64,000 nucleotides of DNA from Octopus sinensis (GCF_006345805.1 NC_043000.1:31310001-31374000); one strand, 5' to 3'. Shown: positions 16,205 to 29,939, numbered from the stretch's first letter. Program-made: numbers and translations. The notes: generated from the letters alone by a model not told the origin.

Positions 16205-17590
16205 ATTTAGTCCTGGGTCAGTCCAGATTGAGTAGATTGTTTTTGTTCGTTTGTTTCTTGATTTCGTTTAGAAACTTTTCTGAGCGATGACGTTCGCATG
16301 GACCCCGAGACTGGTAAGAAGGGTGCTATTGTTGCTTCCTTTCAAACATTTGACAACTGCAAGAAAAACAGGGAAATTTCAAATGCCCCCTGCGGGAAGA
16401 AGGACTGGACAAAATGGTCAGTGTGGAGCTGCGGGAGTGATGAAGTCGTAATGTGGATGAGAATAAAAGACGAGACGAGTGATCGTGGAGTGATAGAATG
16501 AAAACGATATGGCAGATCGGAAGAGCAGAGATCATTATAGTAGCGGTAGAAGAAGTAGTTTGAGAGGATACAGTATGTTTGTTGATCAGAAGTTAGAGTG
16601 TGATGGTGAGTGACTTGATGCCGCTCACATCTGATTCTAGCCTTTCTTTGGCTCCAATCTGTGCGTGTGCAGCGCCACCTGCTGCACCTTTCTAGATGCA
16701 GGAGCAGCACGTCATTGTGGGTCGCAGATGAGTTTCGTGAAGTGTTAGGAGTAGATGGGGATGAAGCATTTTCAGGTCATGAGTGGGAAAGGGGACCAGT
16801 CTTTGTGATGTATTCTCTGTTGATGTCGTTAAGAAGGGGAGAGCCTGTGCGATGTGATCTCGAGATTAATTATTTTAATGGTCCTAGCTGTAGCTGTTCA
16901 TGTTTAGGGGCGCGCAGTTTGAATAACGATATTATCTGCTAGACTATGGTGGGATCATGTCGTTTTGCTGTTGAAGGAGACAAAATTGATGTGACCCTAT
17001 TGCACGATATTTTCGAGATTTCTGTTCAGAAAATCGTGGCAGGTTTTGCATGAGACATTTAGGTCTCGTGTAGTTAACATTTTGATGAGGAAGGCCAGAA
17101 AGGATTGAAGGACGATAACGTATGTCAATTTAGGAGTTAGCGTTGTCAGAGATGGCGGTAAACAAATTGTTGACGTATAAGAGGAAGAGTCTGGGGTGGA
17201 ACGGAATATCAAATACTAAGGATCAGTAGAGTCGAATGAAACTGAGTCAGAAAGGGAAAGATTCGTCAGATACACAAGAGAGAAAGCCGTTGATTCGAGA
17301 TGACGAGCAACCGACAAAGAGCAACAAGGTGGACAAAGTTTTCGAACAAGATTCATACGCCCGGACTCTGGGAATTAAATTACTTAACGTGTCAGTTGTT
17401 TTTAAAGAATGCCGGGAATAATTTGAAGACTTGCTTGTATTACCAGCAAATCGAATATCTATGTTGAAGATTCCGTAACGGTCCACATAACTCTGAGTTG
17501 GATAAGGGCATTTGACAACGTGTCCCCCAAACTGGAGCGCTTGAAGTCCTTCCAAAATACAATACAAAGTGTATATAAAATTGGGTAAAA
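16205..17590 (-). mobile_element. Decayed CR1/Jockey-group LINE, RT C-terminal half and 3' end
   Basis: Minus-strand remnants LFLLYVNNL (RT), LNRNLENIVQ, FFYRYYNDLCSSDL, DHFVQSFFP typical of the end of such ORF2s. Many stops; ends at a trinucleotide tail. Confidence 0.7.
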
Positions 17591-17745
17591 GAAGAAGGAA
17601 GAAAAAGAAAAGGAGAATGGAGTTTCATCGATATTTATAGGGTATAATACACGCACACATATGCATACACACACACACACACATGTATGTGCGTGTATGT
17701 GTGTGTGTGAGTGTATTCATACTTATACATACATACGTGTATGTA

Positions 17746-18135
17746 TATTGTTGGCATCCTTTTTCTCGGGAGACAATGGAGTTGCGCATAAACTAATCCA
17801 GTCTGGTTTTTACATTTCATGTCCTCTCCAGTTTTGCGCAGGCCTGGACTAGATGTAAGAAAATCCTGGGTAACCCAATCGTCAGGATTCCTCTCTCGAC
17901 CTTGCTGACATAGTCCAAAGGAGTGCAGAGCATTACGATTGGCACCAGCCTGGTTGCATGAGCTGCCGGAAGAGTATCAAGTCGAACATTAAACCGCCTA
18001 CGGGGCTCCACTCCGGATTTCTTTGAAGGTTGTCTCCTTTCCGTAAACCTGGATAGGGGACCATATCGGGTACTGTCAGCCGGAGCCAGCTGAGCCCAGG
18101 ACTCGTGTCGGGCAGGGTCGTCACTCCCTGAAGTA
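17746..18135 (-). mobile_element. Non-autonomous RTE derivative (5'UTR-like part fused to RTE 3' end)
   Basis: The terminal ~80 bp (tccattgtctcccgag..ggatgccaacaata) match 59197-59278. The remainder (aatccggagtggagcccc..gctggtgccaa) resembles RTE/AviRTE-type 5'UTR from memory. Confidence 0.6.
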
Positions 18136-18164
18136 GTGAAGAAAATCGCTACCCACTACCTAAA

Positions 18165-18207
<43 letters not shown>

Positions 18208-18262
18208 ACAAACATGCATATATGTATGTGTGTATGTGTGTATGTGTGTACGTATGTAGAGA

Positions 18263-18560
18263 AGGCGCGTGGCTTAGTGGTTAGTGTATTTGGCTCAGGT
18301 GGAAAGGTTTCGATTCCTACGTTGTGTCCTTGAGCAAGACACATTGCTGTAGTCCACTCAGCTGGCAAAAGTGAGTTGTGCCTGTATTCCAAAGGGGCCA
18401 GCCTTGTCACAGGCTGTGTCACGTTGGATCCCTCTGAGAACTATGATAAGGGTACGCTTGTCTGTGGAGAACTCGGCCACTTGCGCGTTAATTTTCCGAG
18501 CAGGCTGTTCCGTTGAACGGATCAACTGAAACTCTCGTCGTCGTAACCGACGGAGTACCT
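18263..18560 (+). mobile_element. tRNA-derived SINE (Meta-domain-like)
   Basis: A-box-like ggcgcgtggcttagtggttag, B-box-like ggtttcgattcc, then gtgtccttgagcaagacac..gtccactcagctg. A related fragment lies at ~20090-20175. Confidence 0.65.
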
Positions 18561-18634
18561 GTACATATGTATATGTGTATAGATAGATTGATAAATAGCC
18601 AGCTAGCTGCCTGGCTAGTTAGCTAGATAGGTAG

Positions 18635-19055
<421 letters not shown>

Positions 19056-19517
19056 AAAGGTTTGGAAGTGTAGGATTAAGAATATAGGAGTGGAAACGAA
19101 GTGCAAGTCTCTCGGCCAAAAGCATGCGTATCGGTGTGTGGATGCAACGATGAAAATATGTAATACTTTAAAATCGAGTCAGAAACGGTAAAGTGCTTAC
19201 AAAGCAGCACGTATTTCTTAGCGTTTGTTCAATACAACACTTTGTCTTTGATTCCTGCTCCACTTGTGTTTACCATTTTAGCTCTCTGACCTGTAAAAAG
19301 AAAAAAAAACAATACCAGTTACATACTGGGGTCGAATGAAACAACTTTATTCCCCACCCGCTTTTAAGAATACCGACCCCTTTTAATCTGGAGATTTCTT
19401 TGTTGTTGTTGCTGTTCTTCTTCTTCAGCAACAGCACCACAACAACAACCACCACCACCACCACCACCACCACTACTACTACTACTTCTACTACTGCTGC
19501 TACTGCTGCTGCTGCTG

Positions 19518-19562
<45 letters not shown>

Positions 19563-20552
19563 AATAAGTCGGGTTGATAGATCACCTCCACTGCTTTGTA
19601 ATACATCGAAACTAAATTACCTGCTTAATTAGTCCTAGAATAACGGATACTGAAAATCGAGCTCGAATCCCGCTGCAGGCTTTGTTTGTCCTGGGTCACC
19701 TGAATATGACAATTCGGGGCAGACAGAGCCCTGTAACATACTTGCTTGTTATTGTTGTTATTGTGGTGGTGGTTGCTCCTTAGCTCTGGGTCAAACTTAA
19801 GCAAATCGACCTGTGATCAAAGGTTATTTTGATACAGATGGTGGTGGTGGTGGTATGTGGTGGGGAGATGTAGGTAGTAGGGAACTGTATATCTGGGACT
19901 ACATTATACCATGGTGGCAGACATGTCCGGAGAATGAAGAGATTTTTTCCGTCAATATGAAGTCTTACGTGGAATCTTGGCAAGTATCTTTATAATTGCC
20001 CCACGTTGCCCCAGAGCCTTGTCAGTGAAATTAAACAGATGGAACCTATACAGAATCCCGCTGAATGGATGTTTGTAATTCAAACGCGACACTGTGACAC
20101 ACTGATACACTGATTCTGTCAAAGAATTATGTTAAGAGTACACGTGTCCCTGGAATACTCGGCCACGTGCACGTCAATTCACTGACTGGACAGTGTTATT
20201 GATCAAAAAATTGAAACATTCATCGTCGAAGCCGACGAAGTCCCATCTGTCTTTTTATTTTACATTATCAAAATGCTTTCCCTTGATTTAAGACGATTAT
20301 GTTTTAAGGGTGATTTGGCTGATATTTCTAGCTGGTCAGTCAACCACAAACTTTATAAATCCAACCAAACTGAAATAATTTACTTTGGTCACGTGACTTG
20401 TACCAATAAGCGCATTGTCACGTGAGTGAATTGCATAGTTCAAACCCCGCCAATTGATAACGTTAAATATGTCTGAAATGAGGGGCTTGGAGCCCAACTA
20501 CAGAATGAGAATGATCGCCGTCGTCATCGTTGTCGTCGTGGTTTCAGCATCT

Positions 20553-20583
<31 letters not shown>

Positions 20584-20831
20584 CGTCGTCGTGGCTGAAA
20601 CAGTCTGGTTTTATGAGACGTTGTGTATGCTCCCAGGGGTCTGTTACCCTATAATGCTGAGTTACACAGCAAAGAACACTCGGAAATGTATGAACATCAC
20701 AGCTCATTGTTTCTTCATTTTTCTAAATGTTCTCTATTCAAACTCAGTGAACAATTGAGCAATGTACCGCTCACCTGATGACTTGGCTCTTTGGTTATTT
20801 GTTTCATAGATTTGTTCAGTGGCCCCCCACA

Positions 20832-20878
<47 letters not shown>

Positions 20879-21151
20879 ACGTACGTTTGTGTGTGTGTGT
20901 TCATCGACTCTGTTATTGGTGTACGTCTGCGTTTGTTGTCAATTGTGTTGTTTGGTAGATTGTTCGATAGTTTAGTTCATCGATGCTGTCTTCTAACGTC
21001 TGCCCTGAATGGACAATCTGAATGCTGTTTGATAAATCAGTCTGTTTAGTGTGTATGGGCATATGTGTTTGATGGATATGTGCACAAAGTACTCATGCTT
21101 GATCGATTGCCACCGTGTCGGATGGGTTGCTCTATTGTCAATTAATGTTTA

Positions 21152-21524
21152 CTAGCACTATGACCCGGCAACGCCGGGTCATAGTGCTAGTGCATGCATA
21201 TACAGCTGCGTGCGTGCGTGCGCACATACACGCGAGGACTGTCCAAATCTCCGACCAATCACATACAGTTAACTGGCATTCAATTGGCGTATCAAGTTTC
21301 GGGCATTTTGATTGGGTTTTGGATAGAAAATTCACAAAAAAGTCACTTCTATTGATTTTTTTAATGGCTTTGCGGAGTTACTGGGGGAAATGTAAATATG
21401 TGCACGACCACCCTTGGACGGTTTTGAATGACAATAGAAAGTGCGAGCTCTCTAACTGAAAAATTTGGATTTGTATAAAGGACACACACACAGACAGACA
21501 TTTTGCCGTTTATATATAGAGAGA
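21152..21524 (-). mobile_element. Non-autonomous Helitron
   Basis: Minus-strand 5' TC-tctctatatataaa, (GTCT)/(GT) SSR near the 5' end, 3' hairpin cccggc-gtt-gccggg then CTAG, inserted between A and T. Confidence 0.75.
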
Positions 21525-21968
21525 TGTTGAGTTGAAGAACTTACCAGTTATGTCAATCTCCGTGTGTTTGAGGAATCTGTTACATAGCTTGATTTCAAGT
21601 GTGTACTTGATAAACTTATTCCAATCTGCGCGTTTAATGAACCTTTTCAGTGCATGTTTCATGGATCTGCTTATTGAGTGCTTTCAAATAGGTTTCATTG
21701 TTTCCATCAGCCTCCTAAACTCTTTTTATGGAACACATTTCTTTCTGCCAACATTTATAAATTCTTACAATGGTAAAAATCCTTCCACCTCCCCCAGTAT
21801 TTAGCTAGTACTTTATTGTACCGATCTCGTAAAAAGATCAAATGCAAAAGCCAACCTCAGTGAGCGTTGAAATTAGAATAGACGGGGGGGGGGTCGTAAT
21901 TAAATAATTCTGTTGATTTTGCTTAATTCTAACATAATAATAATAATAACAATAATAATAATAATAAC

Positions 21969-22053
<85 letters not shown>

Positions 22054-22054
22054 C

Positions 22055-22266
22055 CTTTCTATTATAGGCGCAAAGCCTGAAATTTGGGGACGGCGGTAGT
22101 CGATTACATCGACCCCAATACTTAATTGGTACTTATTTCATCGACCTCGAAAGAATGAAGGGCTAAGTCGACCTCGGCGGAAGTTGAACTCAGAACGTTA
22201 AAGCTGGGGAAATGCTGCTAAGCATTTTTTCTGGCGTGCTAACGAGTCTGCCAGCCCGCCGCCTTA

Positions 22267-22311
<45 letters not shown>

Positions 22312-22665
22312 TAATAATAATGATAATCTTTTCTGCTAAAGACACAAGGCTTGAAATTTGTGGGGAGGGGACTAGTCGTTTACATCGTCCCCAATGTTTT
22401 CAGGGGCTAACCCAAGAAAAGAAGTGTGCCCTTCTAAATAATGTTATTACGCCCTTTTTTTCCTGAAATTATATTCCCTTCTGACCTTGTTCCACACCCT
22501 TCGAAAAATTCCTGGGACTGCATCTGGTTTCAACGGTAATTATTTCATCGACCCCCGACCCGAAGGGTTGAAAGGCAAAGTCGACCTCGGTGGAATTTGA
22601 ATTCAGAACATAAAGACGGACAAAATATCGCTATGCCTTTTACCGGGCTAATGAGAGAATGATTT
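22055..22665 (-). mobile_element. SINE family B copies (three pieces)
   Basis: Matches to the family B body at 22055-22262, 22330-22400, 22535-22660. Confidence 0.85.
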
Positions 22666-23197
22666 CTTGCATTGGCCAATTGGCCACAAGGACACAACAT
22701 TAGAGACCGTACAAGAATGAAATACAAAAAGAAAAGTTAATTTTGAGTAAACGCACTTCAGTAGATTCTCCATGAAACTGTATGTCTTTGTATTTACGAG
22801 AATACTAAGAAATATCAACGATTGCGTATTTGAAACTAAACAGTGTACATGACCAGTTGAGAACTTGGTATTCCACTCTGAAGAGTTACCCCACGGTGGT
22901 AGTCATCGCTAAATATTTGATGAAGAATTAATAATCCCGATCAGTTCTGATCACTTTGGGATTCTCTATCTGGGGGGGGGGCGTAGTTTTACGATGCTTT
23001 TCTTTTTGTCTTGGCGTTTTGTTGTTGATGATGTTGATCAAACCTATCCCAGAATGTATTCTGGCCATGGCCATCCTTTTTTCTTTGAGGTTACGACTCT
23101 AATGTGTCCCTCTTCTTTATAAGATATTAAAGTATGATTTGAAAGAGATTTGACTGCTGTTTTCCTTACAATTGAACGGACCACACGTTCTCATTTA

Positions 23198-23630
23198 TCG
23201 AGCTGGCAGAAACGTTAGCGCGCCGGGGCGAAATGCTTAGCGGCATTTCGTCTGTCGCTACGTTCTGAGTTCAAATTCCGCCGAGGTCGACTTTGCCCTT
23301 CATCCTTTCGGGGTCCATTAAATAAGTACCAGTTACGCACTGGGGTCGATGTAATTGACTTAATCCGTTTGTCTGTCCTTGTTTGTCCTCTTTGTGTTTA
23401 GCCCCTTGTGGGTAGTAAAGAAATAGGCATTTCGTCTGTCGTTACGTTCTGAGTTCAAATTCCACCGTGGTCGGCTTTGCCTTTCATCCTTTCGGGGTCG
23501 ACAAATTAAGTACCAGTTACGCACTGGGGTCGATGTAATCGACTTAATCCCTTTGTCTGTCCTTGTTTGTCTCCTCTATGTTTAGCCCCTTGTGGGCAGT
23601 AAAGAAATATATTATTGATCACCGAGTTTT
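23198..23630 (+). mobile_element. SINE family B, head plus second 184-bp unit
   Basis: A-box-like gagctggcagaaacgttagc, B-box gagttcaaattcc, central ggtcgactttgcctttcatcctttcggggtcg (Nin/Deu-domain-like from memory). The unit restarts at 23427. Confidence 0.9.
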
Positions 23631-24780
23631 TCCAGAGACCCTTATTCTATTTTATCCGGCATATTTATAAGCAATCACCTAAATAGGTCATCGTGAATAT
23701 AAAGAAACTCAGAAAATTGATGGTTTACTGTGTGGCGAAAGAAATAATTGAAGACTTATGTTCGTTTCCTTGATTTTCTGAGACTGTGGATTCCAGTCTT
23801 AAAGAAGTCTCACCAACAGTTTATGATAAGCAGGTATAGAACTTATTGGTTCATTGGAGGAAGCTTTTGCCCGCAAATACAGACCTTGGCATAATATATA
23901 AGTCTTGGAAGGAACATGTACAGGTCTAAAAAATGGTGGGTAGTGCTATTCATGATCCCGGGCGAACTCAGCACTGGAATCTGAAGGACTGTGCGTTCAT
24001 TTACGTATAGTTCTTTGTTCTTTTGGTGACTTCATTCATTGGACTGCGGTCATGCTGCAGCAATACTTGCAACCATCTTATGTTAAACATTGTAGCTGCT
24101 CTTCAAGAAGTAAGAATGTTATCCCTAATAATTTAACTTTCATACTGTCGCAGTTTACTTCAAGATCAGCCACGGTAAAAGACATTCCTTTCACGACCAT
24201 CTTATGATAATTGCCGGTGAAACATTGCGGGCGGCGTTCATTTGCGCTCAGTGACCCCTATCCACTATTTACACACCAATATCGACAAGATTTACTGTGG
24301 CAAGTTCCAGACTTTACTTTCAGCCTATTATTAATTCATTTAATCAGGAGAAAAGCTTGAACGCCACACGTTCATCTAATCAATGAATGTCGGATACTTT
24401 CAGTTTCTCAGACAAAGAATTTTAATTCCCCATCACATGCAGCTTATTTTAACCCCTTTCCTCAAGAAATAATTTTACGCAATACTACTGCTCACCTTTG
24501 GCACACGTCACAACTTGGAGGGCCAAATCAGTGTTTAGCAACCTTTTACTGAATCAGGCTTCAGTAGTAAAGCAATAACGTGCCATTATATACTATCGCT
24601 CGTAGTTGCTTCACACCTTTATATATGGGAAACATAACAAGTATTCATTGGGCAGACAGAAAACCTAACTGGTGGACTGGTCAGGGCTACATATCATTGG
24701 TCCTTGGCTTCATTTGGCAGAGGGTTCTCTAGCTGCAGACATTTAGACAAAATCTCCATAACGGTATAACCTGTTCAAAG

Positions 24781-25010
24781 GCGGCGAGCTAGCAGAAGCG
24801 TTAGCACGCCGGGCTAAATGCTTAGCGGTATTTCGTCTGCCGCTACGTTCTGAGTTCAAATTCCGCTGAGGTCGAGTTTGCCTTTCATCCTTTCGGGTTC
24901 GACAAATTAAGTACCAGTTACGCACTGGGGTCGATATAATCGACTTAATCCGTTTGTTTGTCCTTGTTTGTCCCCTCTGTGTTTGGCCCCTTGTGGGTAG
25001 TAAAGAAATA
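24781..25010 (+). mobile_element. SINE family B monomer
   Basis: Full match to the first unit at 23198. Confidence 0.9.
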
Positions 25011-25980
25011 AGTATTACCTGTTCTATTTCTTTCACCAGTCTTGAATACACATACTCACGCACACACATACACATACACCCACACACAGACATACACACG
25101 CTCGCACCCATATAAAGACCATCCCATAATAGTATCGGTGCCCCGATATTATTATGGGATGGTCGTAGATGGAACGCCAATGCGTAGCGGGACAGATTCA
25201 GAACCACGTGACAACTGCTTATAATGTCCTCCAAACTACATACAGCTCTATATTAATGGAACACCCACTCACACATTCATACATAGAAGCCGAGTTCAAA
25301 GGCTTCCCCACAATCAGATGTTTCCGGGTTCGATACGTATATGTGGCTTCTTGCGTAAATATCTTCCACCACAACCTCGGATTAACAGTACGCTACTAGT
25401 GACTTTAGAATGGTTGTATGTGTGTGTGCGCGTGTGTGTGTGTGGTGTGTGTGTGTGTGTGCGTTCATGCGTACGTGCGTGCGTGGTGACATCACTTGAT
25501 CTGTCTTCTGGTTTAGAAACCACTTCCAGGGCCCTTGTTACCTTTAAGGGTGGCAGATTTAATCTATTCTCTTCCAGTTTCACACCATCAATTGACCTGG
25601 TGTAAGAGCAAAGAGCAACTCTTAGTTCTGAAGATAACAGATGAGACTTGTCTTCTTCCTCACTCACCCTTCACCACCACCCCACCACCACCACGACAGC
25701 AAAGGGTTAAAGATTTTTTCATTTCTTTTCTAATGAAGCCACAAATAATTATTGTATAAGTCTTAAACCCTTGAAGCTTTTAGCTTTGGTCCTATTATAG
25801 CAGGGACAACAACGTCAGGGCAAATACCAGTTATATTTGTGGCACACGCTGCCAAAATGGATTTCAGTACTTGGAAATAATGACTACACACACAAACACA
25901 CAAAGATGCACACACATGCACACATATATTCACACACGCATTCATACATACGTACATGCGCGTGCGAACACATTTTTTTC

Positions 25981-27084
25981 TATTCTTCAGCTAAAACAGT
26001 CTCCAGTTCTTGTAGAGATGGTGGTGGACGATATTGATTCCTTACTTGTTTTTCTAAAATGCACAATAACTGTTCAATAATATTGAGATCTGGGGACTGT
26101 GGTGGCCATATAAGATGTTCCTTGTGCCATTCAGTAACAACTTTAGCTGTGTGAATTGGTGCATTATCATCCTGAAAGATTGCGTTTCCCTCCGGAAACG
26201 GTTCTGCAAACATGGGATGAATTTGATAAGACAAAATGCTTAAATAGTCTTGACTATTAATTCTGCCATGAAGTGTAATCATTGGGCCGGCGAATTTCCA
26301 AGATATAGCCCCACCAGATCATCACAGATCCTTCTCCATGTTTAACAGTTGGAAAAAGGCAGTGTGGATCAAGTGCTTCTTTTGGCTGTCTTCACACGTA
26401 TACACGGCCAGTGGTTGGAAATAAGGTAAAGGATGACTCGTCCGAGAAAATAACATTCTTCCACTGCTCTAGGGATCAATTCCGTAGGTTTTTACTCCAC
26501 TTTAAACGCTTTGCAACGTTTGTTTTTGAAAGTAATTGTTTTCTGATTGCAGCCCTCCCGTGAAATCCGGCTTTGTGCAGCTCCCAGCAAACAGTTTTTG
26601 TGGAAACTGGGTTCTCGAGGTGGTCATTAAGTTCTGCAGTAATTTTGGGAGCTGTACTTTTGTGATCCTTTCTAACAATTTGTTTAAGAGTTCGATGATC
26701 CCTATCTGAAAGTCTTGGTTTTCTTCCGGAGTTTTGTTTTGACGAGGAGGTTTTTCCCTCTTTTTCAAAGACTGCCATTACTTTCGAGACAGTACTATTT
26801 AATACACTAAACATTTCGGCTGTTTGCATTACGCTAGCGCCTGCCATGTGAGCACCAACAATTTGACTTCTTTGAAAGTCCGATAGATCTGTTAGTTTAA
26901 TGAATGTTAATTACATTTTTCTAACGATATCTAAAAAGAAACAGCGATTTTAGCAAAATATATAATGCAACACTAGTAATAAATCAAAAAGCATAAAAAT
27001 AAACAAGCTTTTGACGGTTATATAGATATTTCAAAATTATGATGCTATGATGCTAGGTGTTTCCATTATTTTGTCCAACCCCTG
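25981..27084 (-). mobile_element. Tc1-family DNA transposon, 5' TIR and degraded transposase
   Basis: TIR caggggttggacaaaataatggaaac next to TA (27085-86). ORF pieces SGRKPRLSDRD (paired-like HTH), FSDESSF and FQDDNAPIH..WPPQSPDLNIIE (DDE domain). 3' end missing. Confidence 0.92.
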
Positions 27085-27094
27085 TATATATATG

Positions 27095-27135
<41 letters not shown>

Positions 27136-27452
27136 TATATATACAGATACCCACACACATATGGGTAGATGAAGAGATATATGGATAGTTAAAGGGAGAA
27201 TCAGAGAAAGAAAAAAAGAAAGAAAGGAAGAAAGAAGAAATGGAAAAAAGAGAAAGAAAAAGAGTCAAACATGTAATTCAGTATCAAAGATGCCAATATC
27301 ACCAAATACCAAATCTCTCTGCTAAAGACTAAGCCGAATTCTTCAAAGCCAGGAAATTCTTCATCTCAGATCAGTTGCTGACTTTCAATAAAACACAAAC
27401 AACACGCACATTTAAGTACTGATACCATATATGGAACAGTGCTACTGTTACA

Positions 27453-27507
<55 letters not shown>

Positions 27508-28313
27508 CTTCTATGTGGCGTCCTTTAAAAGAGCATCCATCTGATTGACACGGCTTCATTTGCCAACCACAGGCTGTTTCTTATCTCTGCCACCAACACA
27601 TCGATTCTGCTGGTGTAAACCACATTCGCTCTGTTCTATCCAATAAACATGTTTCTGTCATTCTCCGTGCCTCAATCCTAACCCCCGCCACCCACACACA
27701 CATACACGAAACACCTTCATAACTCATTTCTTCCCAAAGCTGCTGTTTCTCTAGCGAGTCTTTTTACCTTTATTTTTTAAAAATTTATTTTCTTTCTTTT
27801 CGTCTTCAAAAGTCAATCAACTGAAGTTCACATTTTGCATCAATCGCATCGACCTCACCACGCTTCGACTAATTGTCAAAGACAATAGTTTATAAGCGAT
27901 TGCGTAATTACTAGATAAAGACTTTCGCTCGAGGGCCCCGGCGTCTCTCACTTCTGATCAGTCAATCTCTGTGGAATTTATATCAAAACATGTGACACAA
28001 GCTATCGATTCACTTTCCGTAATCAAAGACCGACTAATCAAAGATTGACTAAGTAGACTTAATGACATCGATACGAACTCTCCCCTCCCTCTCCCCCCCC
28101 CCACTAAATGTGCTGCTCTAGCACGGTCCTAGCCCTTGGGCTTGAACGAATCAAAGTACAACAAAATCGCTCAAGGAACCGAATCATAATTAAGGACTGT
28201 TCCAATTTTAACCCGACTGAACTCCTCAAATGTACACAAAGGATATAGAAATAGAACACAGCATATCTCCATGGCATGATATGAGAGATTTAATTTATCT
28301 GCGCTCCTAAGTC

Positions 28314-28880
28314 AGCGAGCTGGCAGAAACATTAGCACGCCGGGCGAAATGGGTAGCCGTATTTCGCACGTCGCCACGTTCTGAGTTCAAATTCCGCCGA
28401 GGTCGTCTTTGCCTTTCATCCTTTCGGGGTCGATAAATTAAGTACCAGTTGCGCACTGGGGTCCATGTAATCGACTTAATCCGTTTGTCTGTCCTTGTTT
28501 GTCCTCTCTGCGTTTAACCCCTTGTGAGTAGTAAAGAAATAGGTATTTCGTCTGCCGCTACGTTTTGAGTTCAAATTCCGCCGAGGTCGACTTTGCCTTT
28601 CATCCTTTCGGGGTCGATTAAATAAGCACCAGTTACGTACTGGGGTCGATGTAATCGACTTAATCCGTTTGTCTATCCTTGTTTGTCCTCTCTGTGTTTA
28701 ACCCCTTGTGGGTAGTAAAGAAATAGGTATTTCTTCTGTCTCAACGTTCTGAGTTCAAATTCCGCCGAGGTCGACTTTGCCTTTCATCCTTTCAGGGTCG
28801 ATAAATTAAGAACCAGTTGCGTACTGGGGTAGATCTAATTGACTGGCTCCCTCCCCCAACATTTCGGGCCTTGTGCCTAG
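28314..28880 (+). mobile_element. SINE family B multimer (184-bp units starting at 28359, 28543, 28727)
   Basis: Head-to-tail repeats with junction aaagaaatag|gtatttc; the last unit carries a different tail (cccccaacatttcgggccttgtgcc). Confidence 0.9.
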
Positions 28881-29264
28881 AGTGGAAAAAATATATATCT
28901 GCGTTCGTATGTGTGTGTGTGTGTGTGTGTAACGCATACATACGTGCACACATAGAATATACCAACAGTATAATATTTCTTAGAGTTACAATAAACTTCC
29001 ACACATCACCTCACCGTCGTCTCCAGTCATGGATTTTATATGAATCGAATGAACAAAACTCTTTATATTTCCTTATGAAACGTTTTAATCAAACTATGAA
29101 CATTATATAAAACAACGGACTTCCGCTTATATCTCTTATCTTCTCATTTGTTTCTCCTCAAGGCTTTCTTTTCCCATACATTCAAACCAAATGAAAACTA
29201 GCTATGACGTTTGACATACTGGTGTTAGTGCTTACCCCAGGCCGTACCTGATCCAGCTGACCTA

Positions 29265-29700
29265 TAATCAATGGACACATTGAAACTCCGACGTCTGGCA
29301 GCTGACTTGGCAGACACCCATAAAATTATTAACTATCTTACAAACAATAACTCTGAGCACCTTTTCAAACTCCACCTGTCTAACATCTGTGGACATGTTT
29401 ACAAAGTCAGAAAACAGCACAGCTCCCATGACTTTTGGAAACATTTTTTCACGCTAAGAGTTGCTGAAGCATGGAACAAACTGCCGGCATCAGTTGTTAG
29501 TTGTCGGAGCACTGTATCCTTCAAAACTTCCATGCTTCCTGAGATTCGCCAACACTACACCTGATTTTCTCCCCTCCATACACACGCCAGCATGTATCTG
29601 ACTCATACACTGTTCGCTTTCCAGACATTTGTACACTACTGCATACACTTTATACGCACTTTTGACAAGTTGTGGTGCACCTGAGCACTGTATACAATAT
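29265..29700 (+). mobile_element. CR1 LINE 3' fragment
   Basis: LRRLAADL..KII..GHVYKVRK..FFTLRVAEAWNKLP..VV..FK is the canonical CR1 ORF2 terminus. The 3'UTR also occurs at 63355-63830 (-). Confidence 0.85.
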
Positions 29701-29939
29701 AGTAATGCCCATTCTTGTTTTCGATCATTTCATTATATTACATGTTTTAGTTTAGGATGTAATGTGAGGATGGTTTGAGAGTTTGCTATTTCTAAGAGAT
29801 TAAGCGTTGTGCAAAAGGTTCTCTTGGTTCATTTCCATTTTTTATTTTTACTTTCCTAAATGTAATTTCTTTTTTCTGTTTTTTCTTTTTTTTTTCTTGT
29901 AGTTTTTTTCAAATTTTCGACAAATAGTCGTACAATAAA

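Noticed and set aside
17950-18135. HDV-like ribozyme at the RTE-like 5' end (also 46040-46155)
   Set aside because: I could not build the nested double pseudoknot by eye; it needs a descriptor search.
23198-23290. tRNA genes at SINE heads (also 38346, 18263)
   Set aside because: A/B-box-like motifs are present but I see no cloverleaf, and the heads continue into multi-copy SINE bodies.
28359-28880. 184-bp tandem units as a CRISPR array or retrozyme
   Set aside because: No unique spacers and a eukaryotic context; no CUGANGA core on either strand of the unit.
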